Shown here one piece after another: positions 1 to 13,589 of a DNA stretch of 64,000 bases. Each line of letters starts with the position of its first letter. Position 1 is the stretch's first letter. The DNA lies in assembly GCA_964016885.1 (NCBI GenBank), contig OZ024740.1:168020001-168084000 (forward strand). The letters run 5' to 3'. The notes under the pieces are model-generated. The model was not told the origin of the DNA. It did no database searches and saw nothing but the letters and a program-made list of their open reading frames with translations. The DNA is from Eledone cirrhosa. Its lineage: Eukaryota. Made by a program: the position numbers and the translations under genes.

Positions 1-552
1 TGAATACTTTTCGCTACAATTATGCTGATCTACTCCTCCTGTATTCTGTTCTGCATTGCAGTATAGTATTAAAACAAAACAACTAATTTCTGAAATTGAT
101 TTCTATATATTTCCCCGTTGGAAGCACAATTCACCAGCTGTTCAATAAACAGAACAATGCTGGTCTCAGCTTCATTTCTGCACTATAACAGTAAGTTGTA
201 ACCGTGCTAAATACATTTAGTAACCATGTGCCCAGTAACCATACAATCGATCCTTTGCTTTGCGTCTAAGAAACAGATGTGTAACCGATATTTTGTCTCT
301 TCACGACTTAGATGTATGAGAGATAACGACAACTATATAATTGACAAGTTATGTCCCACTGCCTGCAAACGTAATATGGAAGCGTTAAATTATCAACGCA
401 ATATTCACTCTTCCTTTCTAGATCTCTCGTTTACTACATCTTACATCGCTATATATCAACGATTCTTCAAGAGCCATTGCTCAATTCATAGATCCACTTT
501 TAAATATGTAAGAGAAAAGCTAAGGGTTTTCTAGCTAAGATCGGAGCCAATT

Positions 553-641
553 TTTTTTATATCACGATTTTCACGTTTTTTATATCACGATTTTCACGTT
601 TTTTATATCACGATTTTCACGTTTTTTATATCACGATTTTC
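553..641. repeat. 23-bp tandem repeat, ~3.9 copies
   Basis: Unit TTTTTTATATCACGATTTTCACG repeated head-to-tail without spacers. Confidence 0.95.
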
Positions 642-949
642 GCTTCTAGAAATATTTGAAACTTCTACAATTTTTGTAATAAAAGATTTCAATTCCAAAC
701 TAAACACAAGGAATTTGGAATTTAAAAACAAATGAATTAATGAGCAAGAGCCATCACATGTTTTACTTTGACATCTTTAACAGAGTAGCCGAACCGAATT
801 GAGAATCAGAGCATGAAGCAGTCATAGCGGAAATTCCCTAAATCCTATCAGAGACAATGTAATCTCTTTTGGTTCTGACTTTGACTCTGACTATTAGTTT
901 CTGGAACGCTAACAATCAAATGGCCTGTAGTTTCTATAGAAGACAAATG

Positions 950-1200
950 TGAATATTGGGAACCGAACATTGGGTCACATCAACGTTGATAGTTTATGAG
1001 TGAGCTCTATCAACATGCCGCGATTGAGTGATCAGATAAGAAGCCACTGATCCAAGGGACAAGACAGAAATAGAATTCATTGCTGGGCATGTTTGAACGA
1101 AGATTTGTATGCCAGACACAGTTGAATGCTTTACTGACGTCAAGTGCAATAACGTTGTTTTAACAACGTTATTGAGGACGCATACTAATGAGTGAAATAA
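950..1200 (-). pseudogene. Old degraded non-LTR RT fragment (CR1/L2/Jockey-type)
   Basis: Minus-strand translation gives VIALDVSKAFNCVWHTNL...WISGFLSDHSI...INVDVTQCSV, matching RT motifs ALDxSKAFDxVWH, WIxxFLSxR and INxGVPQGSV; interrupted by stops and indels. Confidence 0.7.
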
Positions 1201-1744
1201 GTGAGTTGTTCTCTAGTAAGGAGTGAGAAGTATTCAAAGTGATAATGAATTGTGTTGTGAAAGGCTATACCCATCACTTTTGTAATACCGGATATTCGAT
1301 ATCCATTTAGATTTTACACTTATTTATGTCGTCAATTTAATTACGAAAGTGATATCCTGTTCTTATGTCCACTGTTTTATACATTAAATGATATCGAGAC
1401 AGATATCCATTGTAATATCTCATTGAACTGTCCTTATTTGTCCTTCGTGGAGGTTAGTATTCTCGTCCAGATTTGTGTCTAGCCTAAGAATAGCTATTTT
1501 ATTATCTACTCGTGTTTATATTGCCCACTCATAGAGCCAGCGTAATCCCCTATCAATTGACTGTTCATTTTATGATTAACCACAATATCAAATTTATATT
1601 CTTTAATGAAACCATGTTGTTGTTGAAGATGTTTAACTCCAGCTCATCCATAATCAAGTAAACCTATCTAAAAGGCATTTCAATTGTGACAATTACATAT
1701 TTTTTTCAGATATCTAAGATTTTATTATTCAATGTGTCATTCTT

Positions 1745-1802
<58 letters not shown>
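1745..1802. repeat. (ATTT)n microsatellite
   Basis: Direct reading. Confidence 0.95.
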
Positions 1803-1803
<1 letters not shown>

Positions 1804-2351
1804 TATGTAAAACAGTGGGCTGTGGTCTGAAAGGGATTTACCTATTATTTCTAGCATGTGGAAAGACTACAAAGAGTTTCCCTCGACAATTTAGAGTCAA
1901 GATGATGTCCAAGACGAAAATATTCATTATTTGGGCCGATTATAATTCCCTGTGTCATGATAGTCAGACAAGTCAGTTCTATTTTGCAAGCTGATAATCC
2001 CATCAAGCCCATAGCCTATACATATTCTGTCCAGATTCATTACATCAACGTTCCTCACAACTTTACAGTCAAGCCGTTACGAACCAACGACGAGGCTAGA
2101 CAAAAGAAACCATCAAAAATATTAAATATGAAATATTAACAAAATGGTGGTTTGGCGGAAAAAGGATGTTCAGATGCCATCAGGTGCAACTTCACGTTAT
2201 TGCACATATGGTTCGTATTTTCTATTTGCATTTACCCATAACATCTGCAAAGTAATTTTCTTTAGGTAAGGAATGCTACAATTCTGACACGCCCCTTTCT
2301 ATCTCTCTCTAACTCATTTTTTTTAATATTTATTATTTGGTTTCTCTCTAT

Positions 2352-2420
2352 ATTTTGTTGTTTTTTTTACTTGTTTTTGTCTATTTACTAGTGTGTGTAC
2401 GTATACGTATATGTATATAT

Positions 2421-2453
<33 letters not shown>

Positions 2454-2465
2454 TGTGTTTGTCTG

Positions 2466-2521
<56 letters not shown>

Positions 2522-2524
2522 TAA

Positions 2525-2560
<36 letters not shown>

Positions 2561-2591
2561 GTGTGTATATATATATACACATACAGACATG

Positions 2592-2631
<40 letters not shown>

Positions 2632-2634
2632 TAA

Positions 2635-2666
<32 letters not shown>

Positions 2667-2672
2667 GTGTGT

Positions 2673-2721
<49 letters not shown>

Positions 2722-2824
2722 CAGACACAGACACACACACTTATACGTATAAGTATATGTATGTACTTATACGTACACACACTAGTAAATAGACAAAAAC
2801 AAGTAAAAAAACCACAACAAAATT
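2352..2824. repeat. Imperfect inverted repeat enclosing compound (TG)n/(TA)n microsatellite
   Basis: TTTTTTTACTTGTTTTTGTCTATTTACTAGTGTGTGTACGTATA (~2363-2405) is reverse-complemented at ~2768-2811; the core has a ~110-bp internal duplication. Confidence 0.8.
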
Positions 2825-3439
2825 ATATATATGTATTATTGTGTGTGTGTATGTATGCATAGAGAAAAAGAGCACCTTTACTTTCAAATATGTTATATAG
2901 AAGATTCAACTGTGTTCGAGTTTAACCTTTTTTTAATGAAAGATATTTCATAGTTAAGGACAAAAACTTGCCACAATCCATTAACATTCCAATACGATCT
3001 CGGCCCTATCTTCTGAAAGAAAATATAATTAAAACATTTGTGCTCATAAATATATATATTGGATAAAAACATTCGTTCTTTATATTTATATATATATATG
3101 TATTTTGTGTGTGCGTGTGTGCGTGTGTGCGTGTGTGGATGTGTGTGTGTGTGATTGTGAGTGTGTGTGAATGTGTGTATGCGAGCGTGTATGTGCGTGT
3201 TTATGTGTGTGTGCGCGTGTGTGTGAGTGTGGGTGTATGCGTGCGTTATTAATGGCATATGATGTCGTAGTTTTGCTGTCATGACATACATGGGCATTTA
3301 AACCTGGCGGATTTAATCGATCTCCATGTCGAACAGCAGGATTCTGCCATAGAAATAGACGTACAGAGAGGGGGGGGCAGAGATGGATATATATATATAT
3401 ATAATAGTATTTATAAATATATATATATAGTATTTATAA

Positions 3440-3473
<34 letters not shown>

Positions 3474-3548
3474 TATGGTAGCTAAGATGCTTCCATAGGT
3501 GGTATGCCGGTTGAGCACTCTATGCTCTTGTAGTGCAGAGTATGATAG

Positions 3549-3844
3549 AGTAGAAAACGAAAAATCAGTGATGCGTCTGAACTCAATTTATTGTGTGTTA
3601 CAATTGTTTCGCCGGCGGACAGCTCGATACGCGATCATTGTGTGGATCTGTCTGATTCCGGACACGTCTAATGATTTCGGAGCGTATTCTCTCACTCTAA
3701 ATCATTAGACGTGTCCGTCGAACCTGCGGGTCCAGAATCAGACAGATCCACACAATGATCACATCTCGAGCTGTTTGCCGGCGAAACAATTGTAACACAC
3801 AATAAATTGAGTTCAGATGCATCACTGATTTTTCGTTTTCTACT
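3549..3844. mobile_element. Fold-back PLE-type terminal repeat with degenerate HHR
   Basis: Arms 3549-3677 and 3699-3844 are reverse complements. The right arm has GTGT-CCGTCGA-(long stem II)-GAAACAATTGTA-ACAC (3711-3798). Lies near TA/TG tracts. Confidence 0.75.
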
Positions 3845-3955
3845 ATATATAAGAGAGTATTGAAGTTTGCTTCAAGCATTGTGGGATAATAGGTAAATAT
3901 CTTTAAGTCGTTTGGAAGCCTCGACAATGCAAATGGGTAAATCTCCGGGTAACAG

Positions 3956-5578
3956 AGAGGCCTACAACACCCTGGCCTTCCAACACCTTGACGATGACAA
4001 CCTCTACTCCAAGGTCACGGGAATCACTCCCGCGCAGATAGAAGAGCACATCAACGCCGCCTGGACCAACATCTGCGACCGGCGCAAGCTCCCGAAGAAG
4101 CTGAGATACAACCTCCTCACGAGGAACAGCAGACTACCCGCCTTCTACCACCTCGTGAAAATACACAAACAGGGACCCGACCTGAAGATCAGGCCCATTG
4201 TATCGAGCGTGGAAGGACCACTCTACAAAATTTCATGGCTGCTAGCCAGAATACTCAAACCCATCTTAGACACCTTGCCGGGACACGTTAACAGCTCCGA
4301 GGAGGTGTTGAAGCCCCTGCATCAAATGGATCCCGACACCAGAAGGAATAACAGATATGCCTTCAGCCTTGATGTAGTCGCTCTCTACACCTAGGTCCCG
4401 GCACTCCCGGCCGTCAATATACTGATGGAACGCGCCCAATCCACCGACCTACACTGCTTCGGGCTCACCACCACTGACATCCACCAACTCCTATCCATCG
4501 TCGTCGACAACACCTACTTCCGATTCCTTGACCAAACATACCAACAAACCTCGGGATCGCCCATGGGATCAAGCCTATCAGGTGTGCTAGCGATCTCTTA
4601 CATGGACAACCTCGAGCGCAAGGCACTCAACGCCTGCCACCCCAACGCCGTCGCCTTTTTCTCAAGGTACGTGGACGATATCCTCATCCTCACATCTTCC
4701 CAAGACATGGCGAACAGAATCTATGAGACGTTCAACAACACGGACGAGAACATTGACTTCAGTGTTGAACACCCCAACGAAGACGGGTCACTTGCCCTCC
4801 TCGACTTCCGAATCAACATCACGGAACAGGGAGGGATCCACTGCAACTTCTACCGAAAGGCAGCCTGCAGGGACCTGTTTGTTCACTACAAGTCCGCCCT
4901 CCCTAACAGTGCCAAAAGAGGATACATCACGAACGAGATCGCGCGAATCAAAAACAGATGCAGCGATCCCGCGAGTGGTGTCACTCATACCAAGCAATTC
5001 CTCGAGGTGCTGGAGACGAACGGGTACCCTACCTCGCTCACAGACAGAGTGGGAGACGCCAGACTCAAGAGACAGAGAGGCACCTAAGGCAAGTACTTCC
5101 TTAAAATGCCACACCTGGGCGAGAATACCACCAACGCTATCCGCAAGGCTATAGGGAGGGAGGGCCTCGACATCCACCTGGCCCACTCGGCCCCTCCCTT
5201 CGAAGATGCCTCTCCAGGAAACCCGGGAAATCTACTGACGCGTGCTCCCTCAGAGACTGCCCGATACGCCATGCGAACTGTTGCCTACGCACATACATCG
5301 TGTATAAGATAGAATGTGACAGGTGCAACCATTAATATATAGGTAGCGCAATCCGACCTTTGCACATCCGGATCAAGGAACACACTAAAACTAGGGCCTC
5401 GTCTTTCCGGAAACACATAGACAAATGTGGAAACAAAGACGGAAGGCCCATTGTCACAATTCTAGCGACTGAAAGAAACGTCGGCACGTTACGTATCAAG
5501 GAAGCGCTTTTTATCAAACGCCTGGCACCGCAAATAAACAATCGATCCGAGAAAAGCGAAATTAGGTGGCTGGCTTAA
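3956..5578 (+). pseudogene. PLE RT + GIY-YIG endonuclease, disrupted
   Basis: Motifs LVKIHK, KIRPIVS, SLDVVALYT, QTSGSPMGSSLS, RYVDDIL, LLDF, FYRK; Cys-rich linker CSLRDCPIRHANCC (Neptune/Nematis-like); IVYKIECDRCNH*YIGS...RIKEH...KEALFI. Stops at ~4392, 5085, 5333 and a frameshift near 5200. Confidence 0.9.
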
Positions 5579-5596
5579 GTTAACAAACGATGCAGC

Positions 5597-5772
5597 AACA
5601 CACGCACACACACACACAAACGAGACAACTACACACGCACACGCACACACACACACAAACGAGACAACTACACACGCACACGCACACACACACACAAACG
5701 AGACAACTACACACGCACACGCACACACACACACAAACGAGACAACTACACACGCACACGCACACACACACA
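5597..5772. repeat. ~34-bp CA-rich minisatellite in PLE 3' region
   Basis: Unit ACACACGCACACGCACACACACACAAACGAGACAACT-like, about 5 copies. Confidence 0.9.
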
Positions 5773-6322
5773 GTAGCATTCCACCATACGAACATACTAC
5801 ACTGCCAATACAGAGGAACAAGGCAACAACACACGCACACACATACTCAAGCGAGACAACTACACGCACACACACACACACAGTAACATTTAACAAACAG
5901 GCAGAGAATGGACTGACAGCTAACGCCACCCCACGCCCACATTCGGCCGCTGACCTCTGCCCGACCGACCCCATTTCACGCGCACGCGCGCTCTGCTGAA
6001 TACCTCAGATATTCAAAACAACAAACAGCGGAGGACGCGTTTCGCACCTTTCCGACAGACAACCTTTCCCCCACCCCGGAAAAAAACCCCAGTTGATGGA
6101 TGTGAATCCGAAATATATAGGGACAATTAAATTTCTCTCAAGGTAACTCTCTCTCGTGTTGTTATTTTTATTTTTCCTTTATACTCTTTCCTTCAGTCCT
6201 CTACACGTATTATACACACTACGCATCTCAACGTACACCCACTTACATCTCTCTCTCCACCACCGGATCTTGTTACCCGGAGATTTACCCATTTGCATTG
6301 TCGAGGCTTCCAAACGACTTAA

Positions 6323-6367
<45 letters not shown>

Positions 6368-6421
6368 GTATTTATAAATATAGCAGTATATATAAAAACC
6401 ACAAATCCTCCACTCAATTCT

Positions 6422-6458
6422 ACTTTTGAAAAGCACAAGAACTGCGAAACCGGTAAAG
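6422..6458 (+). ncRNA. Minimal type I HHR-like motif, U3-A8 core variant
   Basis: CTT-TTGAAAA-GCA-caagaac-TGC-GAAACCGGTA-AAG; palindromic stem III ACCGGT. Confidence 0.6.
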
Positions 6459-7185
6459 GAACCAAATAAATATTCTTAAAAAGACTCCAGCTGCATTTTC
6501 TATTTCATCTTTTTTCCTTATACTTTCACTCGTGTAGGACATCTCGTTTTCTTTCATTTTGTAAAAAAAAAAAAAAACTCCACAAGTCTAACAATTAACC
6601 AGTTCATTTTTTTTAGATAATTCTATTAACTGATTAATTGCTTAAGTTTACTTTTAAAAACTACCCGCTCGAGAGCTTAATTCGATTTGTGCTGTTTTTG
6701 CAATTTTTACAGTGATTTACACATACTGAATTTATTTGCCAAAATCTGGGCTTTTCTCTCCTGTAGAGTTACACACGTGCTTTCACTACTACAAAACACA
6801 GTGTGATTCAAAATGCTTGCACAGAACAAAATACCTGTTGACAAAGTGACAGCCTTGTTCGATCATTATACCAAAAGCTTATTATTTTAAGCAGATAGTA
6901 TTATTGATTTAGGTATCGCAGAAACCCTCTACTGGATTATACCATCATTTCCGACTGGTCCGGGTGAATATTTCATTTACCCGTTTAGCTTGCCTCATTT
7001 TTTTTTGGCTTTGGTGGTTGATAGCTTCTTAACCGCCGTCTCAGTTTGTATGGCCTTTATAATCTATGTTTATTGCTCTGGTCTCTTTTGGTCCATGGAG
7101 CGTTTGCCAGCATAACTCGGAAATTGCGTTTCGCTTATTTCTACCCGCTGAAATACGATTCTCGCTAAATTTATATATATATATA

Positions 7186-8022
<837 letters not shown>

Positions 8023-8056
8023 TGCTATATTTATAAGTACTAATATTATATATATA

Positions 8057-8085
<29 letters not shown>

Positions 8086-8093
<8 letters not shown>

Positions 8094-9055
8094 ATACTTG
8101 GGGAGGGTCATATGTGTGTAATAATATTGACAGAATTAATAACAGAACACACTCACTGTTTGGTTGGTTTTCGCTTCTGTGTCTTTTATATCGGTTAATT
8201 TAATTTATTCGGTCCTCAATGTTACCATTGATTGAACAACGGTCAAAAATACAGATAATATACAGACACAAACACATATATATAGTCTATCAAAGTTCTT
8301 TCGTTGCACATCGGCAACATCGTCAGTGGTGCTATTATGTTTCCTCTCGTTGCATTGCATGCCTACGCCATCTTTATTTAGTCTGTTTATTTATTTGTTT
8401 ATTTTTCTGTCTTCTCTGCGCATGCGTTTGCATGTGTGTATAGTGTTTTGATGTGTGTTCTTGTTTGGGTGACTGTGTATTGGTTAATGTATTCTATTTT
8501 AGTTTACTAGTGTGTGTTTATGTATTTGTTGTTATTGTGCTTGTGTATGTGTTTATTTATTTATTTATTTATTTATTTATTTCAAGCACAATAACAACAA
8601 ACACATATAAACACACACTAGTAAACTAAAATAGAATACATTAACCAATACACAGTCACACAAACAATAACACACATCAAACAAAACACTATACACACAC
8701 GCAAACGCATGCGCAGAGAAGACAAAAAAATAAACAAATAAATAAATAAATAAACAGAGTAAATAAAGATGGCGTAGGCATACAATGCAACGGGAGGAAA
8801 CATAATAGCACCACTGACGATATTGGAGATGTGCAACGAAAGAACTTTGATAGACTATATATATGTGTTTGTGTCTATATTGTATCTGTATATTTGACCG
8901 TTGGTCAGTCAATGGTAACATTGAGGACCGAATAAATTAAATTAACCGATATAAAAGAAACAGAAGCGAAAACCAACCAAACAGAGACTGTGTTCTGTTA
9001 TTAATTCTGGCATTATTATTACACAAATATGACCCTCCCCAAGTATAACAATATT
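8086..9055. mobile_element. ~970-bp imperfect fold-back with HHR-like motif in each arm
   Basis: ~465-bp arms around a central (ATTT)n. CTGACGA-T-GTTGC-cgatgt-GCAAC-GAAAG on minus at ~8295-8326, with a diverged copy on plus at ~8814-8845. Confidence 0.8.
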
Positions 9056-9120
9056 TGTTTCGACACACGATTTCATATCAAAAACCTCGCGAAACTAATT
9101 CATCGCCATTATATATATAT

Positions 9121-9307
9121 AGGCGGTGAATTGGCAGTATCGGTAGAGGGTTGGACGCCATGTTTTCTAGCATAGTTACGTCCCTTTAGAGTCTGAGTTC
9201 AAATCCCGCCGAGGTTAACTTTGCCTTTCATCCTTACGGGGTCGATAAAATAAAGTACCAGTAATGTACTGGGTAATTTGCTGGCCTTGTGCCTAAAGTA
9301 GAAACAG

Positions 9308-9308
<1 letters not shown>
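9121..9308 (+). mobile_element. tRNA-derived SINE, full length
   Basis: A-box TGGCAGTATCGG, B-box GAGTTCAAATCC; core GCCTTTCATCCTTACGGGGTCGATAAAATAAAGTACCAG (resembles the Meta/MESC SINE core, from memory); tail GGCCTTGTGCCTAAAGTAGAAAC. Many copies in the window. Confidence 0.85.
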
Positions 9309-9377
<69 letters not shown>

Positions 9378-9565
9378 TGATATATTTATAGGTACTAATA
9401 TTATATATACATATTTATATGCATATATACATATATATATAACCCTTTTCTTACCAAACCACCCTAAACTGCCCATGGTTCTACAGTACAAAACTGTCTG
9501 TCAATAAATGTTAATATTTATCTCAAAACCTTCCATCATAATTCCATCATATATATATATATATA

Positions 9566-10779
9566 TTACAGGGGAAAATGCGGGCGCATGTAAAGAAATA
9601 TTCTTAAATTAATAAACCTAGAAAAGTAAAGGACAAGTTATTACACCTGGAAAAGTAAAGGACAAGAAAACTTCTTCTTAAAACTTCTTAAAATATCGCA
9701 GCTATAGTATAAATTTGAATAATAAAAAATATTTGATTTACATATACATAGAAAGTGATAAATTCTAATAATACAGTTGACTCTCTAATTGATAATAATA
9801 CTAATTTATGATCATTTATTTAATTTTGTGATCCTAATTACACATTAAATAAATATACTTTATTTTACTTTACTAAATGGGACTGAAAAAATGAGTGACA
9901 ATTATAAACATCAAATAAAACAAAATTTTGGCGTGTAAATGACACTAACAATTAATTAATAATTAATTAGGGAGCCAACTGTAATAATAAATAATAACAA
10001 ATTATAATTGTTTAATAATGAAATTTTAGACCTGTCAGAGATCAAAATAACCAATCTACATTTTTAGGTAGAGTAAAATTAGACTACAATTAAAAATTAA
10101 ACATTGTCTTATTCAACAGTTCATCTAATGAATTGATGAATTCACTATAATTGATTGATTCACTATAAATGAATAATTGATGAATTGACTTTTACCTAAT
10201 TTTGCCCCTTGAGATGTTGAATTTTACTATATTATAAAAAAAATCTGTAATACTCATAAAAAGTGCAATTATATGATGCACTGTTTTTGATTTATTTTAC
10301 TGCATTATTTTATAACTAAATTTTTAAAAATATAATTTGATTAAGAGTGAAAATTTTTAAATATCTTATAACATAAATTAATAAATTGTACATATTAATT
10401 ATTATTATTATTATTATTAATTAATTATTGTACAAATTATTGTATAAATTATTGTACAAATTTTATTTTAAAAAGATTAATTTGTATACACCAAGAAAAA
10501 AATTAAGTATACAGTAGTCAACTCTCCCTATAAGACAGTCATTTTTCCAGTCCTTTAAAGTGATATTTTTTTAACCATTAACTTATAATTATTTATTTTT
10601 AGTTTTATAATCTAAATTTTTTTTTTCAAATTTAGACTTTTGCTGCAATATTTTAAGAAGTTTTAAGAAGAAGTTTCCTTGTCCTTTACTTTTCCAGGTG
10701 TAATAACTTGTCCTTTACTTTTCTAGGTTTATTAATTTAAGAATATTTCTTTACATGCGCCCGCATTTTCCCCTGTAAT
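9566..10779. mobile_element. Element bounded by ~137-bp near-perfect inverted repeats, AT-rich interior
   Basis: 9566-9702 (ATTACAGGGGAAAATGCGGGCGCATGTAAAG...) is reverse-complemented at 10642-10779; each arm has an internal ~28-bp tandem duplication; left end abuts (TA)n. Confidence 0.8.
9774..9981. mobile_element. Tc1/pogo-type MITE (~208 bp)
   Basis: TA|CAGTTGACTCTCTAATT ... AATTAGGGAGCCAACTG|TA: imperfect TIRs starting with CAGT, TA target duplication. Confidence 0.65.
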
Positions 10780-10887
10780 CCACTTTTTTTCCAGGCAATG
10801 CAAGAATATTATATTAATTAATATTAAAAATATTTATCAACAAATAAGTTAAATAAATAATAATGAATAGGAAGGAGTGCAGATAGG

Positions 10888-10901
10888 AAAAAAAAAAAAA
10901 A
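10888..10901 (-). terminator. Putative Pol III terminator
   Basis: T14 run beginning 1-2 nt after the tRNA-like 3' end on the minus strand. Confidence 0.55.
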
Positions 10902-10902
10902 G

Positions 10903-10975
10903 TAATCAGGGTGGGAATCGAACCCACGACCTTCGGACTGCCGGTCCGCTGCTTTACCGACTGAGCTACCTGACC
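10903..10975 (-). tRNA. tRNA-like gene or pseudogene (nominal anticodon GGC) followed by oligo-T
   Basis: 73-nt cloverleaf GGTCAGG-TA-GCTCAGTCGGTAAAGC-A-GCGGA-CCGGCAG-TCCGA-AGGTC-GTGGG-TTCGATT-CCCAC-CCTGATT-A with intact A/B boxes. Has C33, stem mismatches and no G3-U70, so probably not a decoding tRNA. Confidence 0.65.
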
Positions 10976-11541
10976 ACAATTCGCTAGTGCACAATCTATC
11001 ACTATTTTAATGTATTAGAAATTAGAAACAAACTAAGCGTTACTTATGTATGTAGTTCCTTACACTCTTTTGGTCCTCACTTATTTTTATGTAACTTTTT
11101 TCTACTGAACCAAATTTCAATATTTTTATGTCAAAAAGTAGCTTATTTGTGGTCCTATAAAGTGCAAGAAACCGCATCCAATTCTATCAAAAATTGAATT
11201 AGTGACAAAGCTTTGAAGGTGTCGCGAGTGACCAAAATGGGACCTTAAGAATATTATACACCTACTACCGTAGGTGTATGATATATATATATAAAATTTC
11301 CTCTCCCAGTTATTTATCAAATATTTCTTCATAGGAGCCTTTATTCTTATAGCCTGGTCTAAATGATTTTTATATGGTTAATTATGCTAATTGGGAGAGG
11401 AAATTGTATATATTTTATCTAATAATTCTAAGGACATGATTTATGATATATTGCTCTGATTGTTTAATTTATTAATTCTTCATTGAGCTACATCGTGAAC
11501 GGTTGCCACATATATATCTGCGACTTTATGTATATGTAAAT

Positions 11542-11599
<58 letters not shown>

Positions 11600-11609
11600 G
11601 TATATATAT

Positions 11610-11651
<42 letters not shown>

Positions 11652-11777
11652 GTAATGTGAGTTTTTCGAATATTAATAATAACATTCGATTCGTTTGCAT
11701 TTATGCAAACAAGCTTCATTTTAAAGCCATGTCAATTGAATGAACCCTTCATTCTTGCTCTTGTGTTTATATATATG

Positions 11778-11819
<42 letters not shown>

Positions 11820-11823
<4 letters not shown>

Positions 11824-11978
11824 CGAGAGAATCGACTAAGTATTCAACTGGTACTTTATTTAGCAAATGAATAGCAAAGTAGACCTGATCGTGATTTGAA
11901 TTCAGAGTGCGAGAGCTGGAACAAATCCAGCAAAGTATTTTAACCATTTTTCTAAAGAATCTGCCATATTGCCACCTA
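11820..11978 (-). mobile_element. Degenerate tRNA-SINE
   Basis: ACTGGTACTTTATTT, GCAAAGT and GATTTGAATTCAGA match the reverse complement of the 9121 SINE. Confidence 0.55.
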
Positions 11979-12598
11979 GCAGACACATACACACATGTGT
12001 GTATGTGTATATGTATATATACATATATACACACGCACGCGCGGGCCCCAGACACACACACACATACATATAACAGCTTAGGCCGAACAAACGTCTTATG
12101 TTCCCTGTTGCTGCTCAGTTTTCTCGGTCTCACGCCTTATTTTTCGTTTAAATCGAAAGACGGTTGTATTCTCTGGTATTGCTTTGTCCCCTGTGTGCAG
12201 TAATATTCCAGATCGAGAGATTGGAAGACGGAGAGTGCGGGGAAGAGGAGTAGAGGGAGAGAAATAAGACATCAGCAGTGGGTGAATGAATTCTTACTGA
12301 TATAATAACAAGCGAGATGTGAAAGATAATATAAGTACGCTTTGTGGGAGAGAATGATAAAGTAAAGGATGAGAGGGAGAGGGAGAGAGAGAGAAAGAGG
12401 GGGTGAGAGAGAGAGTGAGGGAGAGAGGAGAAGAAGAGGGTTACATATTGTTGAGATAAAGAGAGAGATGGATAGAGTGTGTATGTTTTTGTAAAGTGTG
12501 CTAGAGATGGAAATGGAAATAAAGTAAAAGATATATGGATGATTAAGATGGAAATGACAAAGAATATAGGACATTTCATGAATCTCTGATTTTTTCTA

Positions 12599-13045
12599 CA
12601 AGAAGAAGAAGAAGAAGAAGAAGAAGAAGAAGAAGAAGAAGAAGAAGGAGGAGAATGTGGTGGTGGTAGTGGTGGTGGTTATGGTGGTGGTGGTGGATTT
12701 GGGTGTAGTGTTGGTGTTGGTGATGTTGGTGGTAGTGGTGGTGGTGGTGGTGGTGGTGGTCATGGTGGTGGTGGTGGTGGTGGTGATGGTGGTGGTGCTA
12801 GTGTTGGCGACTTTGGTGGTGGTAGTGACGGTGGTGGTGATGGTGGTGTTGGTGATTGTGGTAGTGGTTGCGGTGGTGGTGTTGGCGACATTGGTGGTGA
12901 TGGAGGTAGTGGTGTTGGAGACGTTGGTGGTGGTAGTGGTGGTAGTGGTGATGCTGGTGATAGTAGAGGTGGTGGCGGTGGTGGTTATCGTGGTAGTGGT
13001 TGTGGTGTTGGTGGTGCTGATGGTGATGATGCTGGTGATAGTAAT
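12599..13045. repeat. (GAA)n followed by degenerate (GGT)n
   Basis: Direct reading; explains the poly-Val ORF. Confidence 0.9.
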
Positions 13046-13462
13046 TGCTTAAAAGAAAAGATTTTTTGCTTAAAAGAAAATATCTTTTGTTCTATTTTGT
13101 ATTGTTTTATTTTAAGATCAAAACATTCTTCCATTATTCTCTTTTGCTGTGATCTTTCAAAGTATTTTGATCTACCAGCTGCAGCCTATATTTTTATTTT
13201 ATTTTTCATCAATTCAAAATACCACTTCATTTTGAAATCTTCAACATGTAACTACATGTATTTATTGTACTTATTGTGAGCTGGTTGTAACCGAATACTA
13301 GGATTGAAAGAAAGAAATGAGAAACACACAAAAGGAAATTAAATGAAACCATATATTACTATTTCATACACACGCATGAAAAATCAAATTGAAATTGTAA
13401 GCACGTGATTAAACTATCATCGCGCATAAGCATACATTCACACACACATTTTATATATATAT

Positions 13463-13493
<31 letters not shown>

Positions 13494-13497
13494 AATA

Positions 13498-13586
<89 letters not shown>

Positions 13587-13589
<3 letters not shown>

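Larger units (their letters stand above)
3897..6328 (+). mobile_element. 5'-truncated Penelope-like retroelement with inverted partial terminal repeat
   Basis: RT and GIY-YIG remnants inside. 3897-3953 is the reverse complement of ~6271-6328. HHR-like CCC-CAGTTGA-T-GGAT-gtga-ATCC-GAAATATATA-GGG at 6087-6122. Ends in (TA)n. Confidence 0.9.

Noticed and set aside
553-641. CRISPR-like repeat
   Set aside because: No spacers, no cas genes, eukaryotic context.
2255-2271. Recursive-splice-like TTTTCTTTAG|GTAAG
   Set aside because: A single short motif is expected by chance in AT-rich DNA; no host gene defined.
2323-2862. YIYI/THTH/CVCV ORFs here and at 7.9, 9.3, 11.5, 13.5-15.4, 39-40, 43.8-44.9 and 48 kb
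   Set aside because: Translations of dinucleotide and tetranucleotide microsatellites.
10903-10975. Functional tRNA-Ala(GGC)
   Set aside because: Lacks U33 and G3-U70 and has stem mismatches; kept only as tRNA-like.
12657-13052. Poly-Val membrane-like ORF
   Set aside because: Degenerate (GGT)n repeat with no gene context.
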